Program-made: the position numbers and the translations under genes
Notes under the pieces: generated by a model
Databases searched by the model: none
What the model was told of the DNA's origin: nothing
What the model saw: the letters and a program-made list of their open reading frames with translations, nothing else
Shown: piece after piece, positions 57,742 to 64,000 of the stretch
How positions within the stretch are numbered: position 1 is the first letter of the stretch
How the letters are laid out: every line of letters starts with the position of its first letter
Assembly: GCA_965223345.1 (NCBI GenBank)
Contig: CBDCWG010000012.1
Coordinates: forward strand, 2,592,001-2,656,000
Reading direction: 5' to 3'
From: Nitrospinales bacterium
GTDB lineage: Bacteria > Nitrospinota > Nitrospinia > Nitrospinales > VA-1
DNA: 64,000 bases

Positions 57742-58662
57742 ATGAGCGAATACTATTCCGTCCTCGGCGTCGATCGCAAGGCGTCCCAGGATGAAATTAA
57801 AAAGGCGTACCGCAAGCTGGCCTTGAAATACCACCCCGACCGCAACAAGGACAACCCGAAAGCGGAGGAGAAGTTCAAGGAAATCAGCGAGGCGTACGCG
57901 GTCCTCAGCGACGACAAGAAGCGCAAACAGTACGATCAGTTCGGCGCGGACGGATTCCACAAGAAATTTTCCCAGGAGGACATCTTCCGGGATTTCGATA
58001 TGAACGAGGTGTTCCAGGGGTTCGGTTTCAACTTCGGCGGCGGCAGCCCGATGCAGGGGATCGAGGATTTTTTCCGCACCGGCAGCTTTCGCAGCGGCGG
58101 GGCTTCGTTCGAAGATATCTTTCACGGCGGCCACCGGTCCGGTCCGCAGCGCGGGCAGGACGTGGAGGCGCTATTGACAGTGAGTTTCGAAGAAGCGGCG
58201 CTGGGGGCGGAAAAACGCTTCTCCGTGCAGGCCAACGGCCGCAGCCAGGAAACCAGCGTGCGCATCCCCGCCGGCATCGCCAACGGCAAGAGACTCCGGC
58301 TCAAGGGGAAAGGCAATCCGGGCGCCAAGGGCGCGCCGGCGGGCGACCTGTATCTGAAGGTGCAGGTGCAGCCGCATCCGCTGTTTCAGCGCGAGGGCCA
58401 CGACATCCTGCTGGATCTGGAAGTCCAGCTCACCGAAGCGCTGCTTGGAACCACGCGGGAAGTGCCGACCCTGTCCGGAGCGAAAAACCTCAAAATCCCG
58501 CCCGGAACCCAGAGCCACTCCCGCCTGCGGCTCAAGGGTCTTGGGATCGCCGACTCCAAGGGCAAAGGCGATCAACTGGTGCGCATCATCGTGAAGATGC
58601 CGAAAGTTCTCACCGACGAGCAGACCCGGCTCATCGAAGACCTCAAAAAAAGCGGTTTGTGA
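57742..58662 (+). CDS. DnaJ class B chaperone (CbpA-like, no Zn finger)
   Basis: J-domain HPD, G/F region, GDLY, C-terminal DnaJ domain. Confidence 0.93.
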   Translation: MSEYYSVLGVDRKASQDEIKKAYRKLALKYHPDRNKDNPKAEEKFKEISEAYAVLSDDKKRKQYDQFGADGFHKKFSQEDIFRDFDMNEVFQGFGFNFGGGSPMQGIEDFFRTGSFRSGGASFEDIFHGGHRSGPQRGQDVEALLTVSFEEAALGAEKRFSVQANGRSQETSVRIPAGIANGKRLRLKGKGNPGAKGAPAGDLYLKVQVQPHPLFQREGHDILLDLEVQLTEALLGTTREVPTLSGAKNLKIPPGTQSHSRLRLKGLGIADSKGKGDQLVRIIVKMPKVLTDEQTRLIEDLKKSGL

Positions 58663-58751
58663 CCCCTGAAATATACGTTTATAACCAGTGAGGGGCGGGT
58701 TTTTTTGAATCCCGCGGCTGTTTTTCGCATCTTCAGGGAGTGGATGAGGGA

Positions 58752-58904
58752 GCCTCGCGCAAAGGCGCAAAGGGTGAACGAAGAAGAGTGAAGAAAAGAA
58801 AACTGTCACCCTGAGGCCTTCGGCATACTCAGGCACAGCTCTGTCGAAGGGTGAAGTGAGGCAGTTAAAAAATCCTTCCTCATTTACAATCCTGTGATCC
58901 TGTC
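58752..58904 (+). repeat. Left copy of ~150-bp composite repeat (inverted partner at 59910-60117)
   Basis: cctgaggccttcggcatactcaggcacagctctgtcgaagggtgaa and aatccttcctcatttacaatcctgtgatcctgtc match the reverse complement of the right copy. Confidence 0.85.
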
Positions 58905-58931
58905 TGGTTTTTTAAGGAGAATCCAACTTTA

Positions 58932-59228
58932 ATGGCGCGCATCGTATTCCAGCCCGACAACGTGACCCATGAATTTGAGGACGGCACCCCGCTCATCGAC
59001 TGCTGCGACGAGGTGGACGTGTCCCTGAGTTTCGGTTGCACCGAAGGCACCTGCGGGGTGTGCGAACTCACCGTGGTGAAGGGGATGGAAAACTGTTCCC
59101 GGCTGACGGAAGAGGAAAAGGATTACCTCTTGGAAGAAGACCTGGAAGCGGGCATGCGCCTCGGCTGCCAGCTCAAGGTGCGCAAAGGCGAAGTGACGCT
59201 CACCTGGAAGGGCAACCGCGCCACGTGA
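58932..59228 (+). CDS. 2Fe-2S ferredoxin
   Basis: FGCTEGTCGVC..RLGCQ; RBS AAGGAG. Confidence 0.93.
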   Translation: MARIVFQPDNVTHEFEDGTPLIDCCDEVDVSLSFGCTEGTCGVCELTVVKGMENCSRLTEEEKDYLLEEDLEAGMRLGCQLKVRKGEVTLTWKGNRAT

Positions 59229-59272
59229 AAGAACCGCTTCTACCAATATTGAAACAATAGGCGATTTATCCC

Positions 59273-59869
59273 CTACCCTCCCTCATCCTCTTTGCCGGGT
59301 TCCCAGAGGAATTCGGTTTCTCCCAGTTTCACGGCGCTCCAGCGGCTGAACACGAACAACGCGTCGGACAGGCGGTTGATGTAGGCGATCAGCTGCGGGT
59401 CCACGGGTTCGTCGCGGTTCAGGGTCACGATGCGGCGCTCGGCGCGGCGGCAGACGGTGCGGGCCTGGTGCAGAAACGCCAGCACGTGGCTGCCTCCGGG
59501 CAGGGTGAAGCTGTTGAGCGGTTTGAGTTCGGCGTTCATCGAGTCGATGACGCCCTCCAGCCAGGCGACGTTGGCTTCGGTCAGGTACTTGCGTTCCGGG
59601 CGCTCGACGCCCGGCGGGGTGGCCAGCAGGCTGCCGATGTCGAACAGGCGGTTCTGGATGCCGCGCAGGATGTTTTCCAGCCGGTCCCGTTCTTCGGACG
59701 GCGGTTTCTCCAGGTTGAAGCAGCGCACCAGCCCGAGGATGCTGTTGAGCTCGTCGATGGTGCCGTAGGCTTCGACGCGGGCGTGGTCCTTGGCGATGCG
59801 CACGCCTTTGACGAGGGAGGTTTCGCCCTGGTCGCCTTTTTTTGTGTAGACTTTATTGATGCGTACCAT
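59273..59869 (-). CDS. ATP:cob(I)alamin adenosyltransferase (PduO type)
   Basis: KVYTKKGD.G.T, GTIDELNS, IQN.LFD.G, ARTVCRRAER, YINRLSD.LF. Confidence 0.93.
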   Translation of the reverse strand: MVRINKVYTKKGDQGETSLVKGVRIAKDHARVEAYGTIDELNSILGLVRCFNLEKPPSEERDRLENILRGIQNRLFDIGSLLATPPGVERPERKYLTEANVAWLEGVIDSMNAELKPLNSFTLPGGSHVLAFLHQARTVCRRAERRIVTLNRDEPVDPQLIAYINRLSDALFVFSRWSAVKLGETEFLWEPGKEDEGG

Positions 59870-59909
59870 GTTGTGCCCTTTGGCTGGTATTGATGAGATT
59901 AAAATGTCG

Positions 59910-60117
59910 GACAGGATCACCGGATTGGAAATGAGGAAGGATTCCTTCACTCTCCCCTCATTTCACCCTTCGACAGAGCTGGGCCTGAGTATGTCGAAGG
60001 CCTCAGGTTATCTTTGCTCCACTTTTTTCCTTTCCTGCTTCTTTGCGTCTTCGTCGAGCATAGCTCGACACCCGCTTATCAAAATACTGGAGGTGGCTTG
60101 GCGCCTTTGCGCGAGGC
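59910..60117 (-). repeat. Right copy of composite repeat, carrying an extra 49-bp insertion
   Basis: Reverse complement aligns to 58752-58904. Confidence 0.85.
60052..60100. mobile_element. ~49-bp mini-insertion with GTCGAGC-ATA-GCTCGAC hairpin
   Basis: Homologous to 23945-23991; splits a 9-mer tandem repeat. Confidence 0.6.
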
Positions 60118-60260
60118 CTGTTTCCCCCTTTTATCCTGTCAATCCTGTCCAATCCTTCGTCTTTTGCGGCTAGGGGCGAGTTCCCACTCTGCCAAAATTG
60201 TAGCCCCTCGCGCGGGGGAAGCAAACCCTTATTTTTACGGGCGCAAGCGCCGGTTTGCGC

Positions 60261-60289
60261 TTGACTTCGGCGCGGTCCTGCGCTACTCT
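60261..60289 (+). promoter_or_regulatory. Sigma70 promoter of pyr operon
   Basis: TTGACT-N17-TACTCT. Confidence 0.7.
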
Positions 60290-60303
60290 GTTGAAAGATA
60301 TGA

Positions 60304-60340
60304 TTCCTTTAAGGCGGTCCTGTGAGGCTGCCAAGGGAGA
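60304..60340 (+). promoter_or_regulatory. PyrR-binding RNA stem-loop (pyr attenuator)
   Basis: CCTTTAA-GGC-GGTCCTGTGAGGCT-GCC-AAGGG fits the ARUCCNGNGAGGYU motif except its first base, and has the U-rich internal loop. Confidence 0.85.
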
Positions 60341-60373
60341 AGCCCGATGAGATACGTACAGGACAGGCACGCG

Positions 60374-60412
60374 ACCTCCTAGGTGGAAAAAATCCGCAGG
60401 AGGTTTTTTTTT
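60374..60412 (+). terminator. Intrinsic terminator of the pyr attenuator
   Basis: ACCTCCT..AGGAGGT stem followed by a run of 9 T, upstream of pyrR. Confidence 0.8.
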
Positions 60413-60456
60413 GCCCCTGCCCTCTCTCCTCCAAGCGCCTCCCGCAAACGCGCACC

Positions 60457-60996
60457 ATGACCATTGTCGCACTCAATTCCACGGGGATCGCCCGTGCGGT
60501 GAACCGCATCGCCCACGAAATTCTGGAAAAAAACCAAGGCGCGGACAACCTCGCGCTGGTGGGCATCCGCACGCGCGGCGTCACGCTGTCGAAGCGCCTG
60601 CAGGCCAAGATCGCGGAGATCGAAAACGTCACCGTGGATCACGGCATCCTGGACATCACGCTGTACCGGGACGATCTGAGCACGGCGGCGAAGTTCCCGA
60701 CGCTCAAAAAGACCGAGATCGCCTTTCCTATCGAAGGCCGGCACGTCGTGCTGTGCGACGACGTGCTGTACACCGGGCGCACGATCCGCGCCGCCATCGA
60801 CGCGCTGATGGACTTCGGCCGCCCGGCGTCGGTGCAGCTTGCGGTGCTGATCGACCGCGGCCACCGGGAACTGCCGATCCGGCCGGATTATGTGGGCAAG
60901 AACATCCCTACCGCCAAAAACATGATGGTGCGGGTGCGCCTCAAGGAAGACGACGCGCAGGACGATCAGGTCTTTATTGTCGAACCAACCGACTGA
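60457..60996 (+). CDS. pyrR: Pyrimidine regulatory protein PyrR / uracil phosphoribosyltransferase
   Basis: RIAHEILE.N, LDITLYRDD, DDVLYTGRTIRAA.DAL, DRGHRELPIRPDYVGKN. Confidence 0.96.
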   Translation: MTIVALNSTGIARAVNRIAHEILEKNQGADNLALVGIRTRGVTLSKRLQAKIAEIENVTVDHGILDITLYRDDLSTAAKFPTLKKTEIAFPIEGRHVVLCDDVLYTGRTIRAAIDALMDFGRPASVQLAVLIDRGHRELPIRPDYVGKNIPTAKNMMVRVRLKEDDAQDDQVFIVEPTD

Positions 60997-61004
60997 ACAC
61001 GTAA

Positions 61005-61946
61005 ATGCCTCTCAGCGTTAAAAACATACTGGGAACCCGCGGCCTGAACCGGGACGATCTGGAAACGATCCTCGACACGGCGGATTCGTTCAAGGAGATC
61101 TCCACGCGCGAGATCAAAAAGGTGCCGACCCTGCGCGGCCGCACGGTGATCAACCTGTTTTTCGAGCCGAGCACGCGCACCCGCACCTCGTTCGAGATCG
61201 CCGGCAAGCGGCTGAGCGCCGACGTCATCAATATTTCCGGCTCCACCAGCAGCACGGTGAAAGGGGAAAACCTGATCGACACCGCCCGCAACCTGGAAGC
61301 GATGTCGCCGGACATTCTGGTGGTGCGGCACGCCAGCGCCGGGGCCCCCGCCCTGCTGGCCGATTTTGTGAACTGCCCGATCATCAACGCCGGCGACGGG
61401 GCGCACGAGCACCCGACGCAGGCGTTTCTCGACCTGCTGACGATCCGCGAGCACAAGGGGAAGCTGGACGGCCTGAACGTGGCCATCGTCGGGGATATCC
61501 TGCACAGCCGCGTGACCCGCTCCAACATCTACGCCATGAAAACCCTCGGCATGCAGGTGACGGTCGCCGGGCCGGCGACGCTGATGCCTTTCGGCATCGA
61601 ACAACTCGGAGTGCGGGTGACGCACGATCTGACCGAAGCGATTCGCGACGCCGATGTCGTCATGATGCTCAGAATCCAGCAGGAGCGGCAGAACCAATAT
61701 CACCTCGCCGGGCTGCGCGAATACGCCAACCTGTTCTGCCTGACGGCGGAACGGCTGAAGGCGGCGCGCGAGGATGTGCTGATCGTGCATCCGGGGCCGG
61801 TGAACCGCGGTGTCGAAATTGCGCTGGATGTCATGGAAGGGCCGCACTCGGTGATTCTCAATCAGGTGACAAACGGGGTGGCGGTTCGCATGGCGCTCAT
61901 GTATCTTCTTCTGGGCGAAGCCAAGGAAGAACTCACGCAGGTATGA
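61005..61946 (+). CDS. pyrB: Aspartate carbamoyltransferase catalytic subunit
   Basis: [39 protein letters not shown]. Confidence 0.97.
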   Translation: MPLSVKNILGTRGLNRDDLETILDTADSFKEISTREIKKVPTLRGRTVINLFFEPSTRTRTSFEIAGKRLSADVINISGSTSSTVKGENLIDTARNLEAMSPDILVVRHASAGAPALLADFVNCPIINAGDGAHEHPTQAFLDLLTIREHKGKLDGLNVAIVGDILHSRVTRSNIYAMKTLGMQVTVAGPATLMPFGIEQLGVRVTHDLTEAIRDADVVMMLRIQQERQNQYHLAGLREYANLFCLTAERLKAAREDVLIVHPGPVNRGVEIALDVMEGPHSVILNQVTNGVAVRMALMYLLLGEAKEELTQV

Positions 61947-61956
61947 AGCAAATCAT

Positions 61957-63252
61957 ATGAAAACCCTGATACAGAATGGCCGCCTGATCGACCCCGCGAA
62001 CGGGAAAGACGGCCTGTTCGACGTGCTGATTGAGGACGGCAAAATCCAGGCCGTGGAGGCGAAAGGCAAGATCGGCGCCGCCAAGGCCAAATCGGCCGAG
62101 GTGATCGAGGCCCAAGGCCGGGTGGTGGCTCCGGGATTCATCGACATGCACGTGCACTTCCGCGAGCCGGGCTTCGAGTACAAGGAAACCATCGAATCGG
62201 GCTGTGCCTCCGCAGCGGCGGGCGGGTTCACCTCGGTGGCGGTGATGCCCAACACGGAGCCTGTCAACGACACCCGTTCGGTGACGGAACTGATGCTGGC
62301 GCGCGCCCAGGAAAAGGGCATCGTGCGCGTGTATCCGATCGGCGCGATCACGCAGGGGCTCAAAGGCGAAGCGCTCACCGAGATGGGCGACCTCAAGGAA
62401 GCGGGAGTGGTGGCGTTCTCGGACGACGGCCGTCCGGTGATGAACAGCGAACTGATGCGGCGCGCGTTCGAGTACAGCCGCATGTTCGGCCTGCCCTGCA
62501 TCCAGCACAGCGAGATCCTCGACCTCACCCGCGGCGGCTCGATGAACGAGGGGCTGATCTCCACGGAGCTGGGGCTCAAGGGCATGCCCACCGAAGCGGA
62601 AGACATCATGGTGTACCGGGACATCGCCCTGCTGAAAAAAACCGGCGGCCGTCTGCACGTGGCGCACATTTCCAGCGGCGGCGCGGTTGAGCTGGTGCGG
62701 CTGGCCAAGGCCAAGGGGCTGCCGGTCACCTGCGAGGTGGCGCCGCACCATTTCACGCTCACCGAGGAAGCGGTGCGCGGCTACGACACCAACACCAAGA
62801 TGAGCCCGCCGCTGCGCACGCACGCGGACATTGAGGCCATCAAGGAAGGCCTGAAGGATGATACGATAGATATCATCGCCACCGACCACGCCCCGCACGA
62901 CGTGACGGACAAGCAGGTGGAGTTCGACCGGGCGTGTTTCGGTATCGTGGGGCTGGAAACGGCCCTGCCCCTGACGCTGGGGCTGGTGGAAGAAAAGGTC
63001 CTCACTTTGCCCAAGGCGATCGAGAAGCTGACGTCCCGCCCCGCCGAGATCTTCGGCCTGGAGCACGGATCGCTGGCGGAAGGCAAGGACGCGGATGTGG
63101 TGGTGTTCGATCCGGAGGCGGAATACGTGATCGATGTTTCGAAGTTCAAATCCAAAAGCAAGAATTCTCCCTATGACGGATGGAAGGTCAAAGGGCGTGT
63201 GACGCACACCCTCGTTGGCGGAAAAACGGTCTATTCCGCTCCCTCCCGATGA
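61957..63252 (+). CDS. pyrC: Dihydroorotase (type I)
   Basis: [41 protein letters not shown]. Confidence 0.96.
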   Translation: MKTLIQNGRLIDPANGKDGLFDVLIEDGKIQAVEAKGKIGAAKAKSAEVIEAQGRVVAPGFIDMHVHFREPGFEYKETIESGCASAAAGGFTSVAVMPNTEPVNDTRSVTELMLARAQEKGIVRVYPIGAITQGLKGEALTEMGDLKEAGVVAFSDDGRPVMNSELMRRAFEYSRMFGLPCIQHSEILDLTRGGSMNEGLISTELGLKGMPTEAEDIMVYRDIALLKKTGGRLHVAHISSGGAVELVRLAKAKGLPVTCEVAPHHFTLTEEAVRGYDTNTKMSPPLRTHADIEAIKEGLKDDTIDIIATDHAPHDVTDKQVEFDRACFGIVGLETALPLTLGLVEEKVLTLPKAIEKLTSRPAEIFGLEHGSLAEGKDADVVVFDPEAEYVIDVSKFKSKSKNSPYDGWKVKGRVTHTLVGGKTVYSAPSR

Positions 63253-63277
63253 ATTCTCTCAATACCCGGTTGAAGGC

Positions 63278-64000
63278 ATGAAAGCGGTTTTAGCGTTGGC
63301 GGACGGAAGAATTTTCACGGGCACCGCGTTCGGCGCCGAAGGCGAGGTCGAGGCGGAGGTGGTGTTCAACACCAGCATGTCCGGCTACCAGGAGGTGCTG
63401 ACGGACCCCTCCTATTGCGGCCAGATGGTGGTGATGACCTATCCGTTGATCGGCAATTACGGCGTCAACCCGCAGGATTTCGAGTCGGCGCGGCCGCATC
63501 TCAAGGCATTCATCATCCGCGAGCTGAGCGGCATCCCCAGCAACTGGCGCTCGCAGGGAACGCTGGACCAGTTTCTCAAGGATCACGGCATCGTCGGCAT
63601 CCAGGGCGTGGACACGCGCGCCCTGACGCGCCACATCCGCGACGCCGGCGCGCAGCAGGCGGTGCTTTCCACGCGGACCACGGACACGAAGGCCCTGGTG
63701 GAGCGCGCCCGCCGCTCGCCGACACTGGTGGGGCAGGATCTGGTGCGCGAGGTCACCTGTGCAAAACCGTACGACTGGACGGAAGGCGAATGGAACCTGA
63801 ACGGATCGGCCGCCCCGGTGGAAAAAGCGCCGAATCCCGGTTTTTCGGTGGTGGCCTACGATTTCGGCGTCAAGCGCAACATTCTGCGCATGCTGGTGGA
63901 TGCGGGCTGCCGGGTGCGCGTGGTGCCGGCGTCCACCCCGGCCAAGGCGGTGCTCGACATGCAGCCGGACGGGGTGTTCCTGTCCAACGGTCCCGGCGAT
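63278..64000 (+). CDS. carA: Carbamoyl-phosphate synthase small subunit, 5' part (runs off window)
   Basis: [68 protein letters not shown]. Confidence 0.96.
   Translation, partial: MKAVLALADGRIFTGTAFGAEGEVEAEVVFNTSMSGYQEVLTDPSYCGQMVVMTYPLIGNYGVNPQDFESARPHLKAFIIRELSGIPSNWRSQGTLDQFLKDHGIVGIQGVDTRALTRHIRDAGAQQAVLSTRTTDTKALVERARRSPTLVGQDLVREVTCAKPYDWTEGEWNLNGSAAPVEKAPNPGFSVVAYDFGVKRNILRMLVDAGCRVRVVPASTPAKAVLDMQPDGVFLSNGPGD

Noticed and set aside
8351..60155. Repeats considered as a CRISPR array or integron attC sites
   Set aside because: They are dispersed, not regularly spaced with unique spacers; no cas or integrase gene is present, and I saw no consistent attC core-site pattern
59870..60160. 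Cobalamin riboswitch upstream of the adenosyltransferase
   Set aside because: No B12-box features are recognisable; the region is explained by the composite repeat
2299..63207. Many long antisense ORFs (e.g. 2299-4341, 28852-30564, 32006-33976, 35054-37300, 49894-52854, 61933-63207)
   Set aside because: They mirror well-supported genes and are expected from high-GC codon bias; no recognisable motifs

Overview
A GC-rich bacterial chromosomal segment, mostly housekeeping genes. Its overall make-up resembles Nitrospinota (Nitrospina-like), but that is my inference and I have not tested it. Core genes in order: glyA (3' part), nrdR, ccsA-like/hemA/hemC, a Glu/Leu/Phe/Val dehydrogenase, nadC, a DUF1538-DUF1538-PII-CBS operon, tatA, flgM, a copZ-like chaperone, an htrA-like protease, ubiE/menG, DJ-1, asnB, a split transketolase, tolC-macA-tamA-tamB, macB ATPase and permease, pabB/pabC-like genes, bioF-hydrolase-(DUF429-GAF-histidine kinase)-bioC, a maf-like gene, dnaJ/cbpA, fdx, a pduO-type adenosyltransferase, and pyrR-pyrB-pyrC-carA with a clear PyrR attenuator. 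Two lower-GC accessory patches lie at about 23.8-25.8 kb and 39.2-42.5 kb. I saw no rRNA, tRNA, CRISPR array, transposase or prophage. The most unusual observations are: (1) an RNase H-like DUF429 nuclease domain fused to a GAF-histidine kinase and translationally coupled inside the biotin genes; (2) a nested family of small non-coding repeats, including ~150-200 bp inverted copies around fdx/pduO and a ~48-bp element found both inside a dead VOC gene and inside another repeat; (3) two candidate structured ncRNAs at about 16.77 kb and 28.72 kb; (4) a secreted tandem-repeat protein whose units each carry LRGG near their end; (5) a divergent IscU-fold protein; (6) a protoglobin-PsiE membrane fusion; (7) three sigma54 promoters driving uncharacterised genes. 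All family assignments come from motif recognition by eye, not from database searches.
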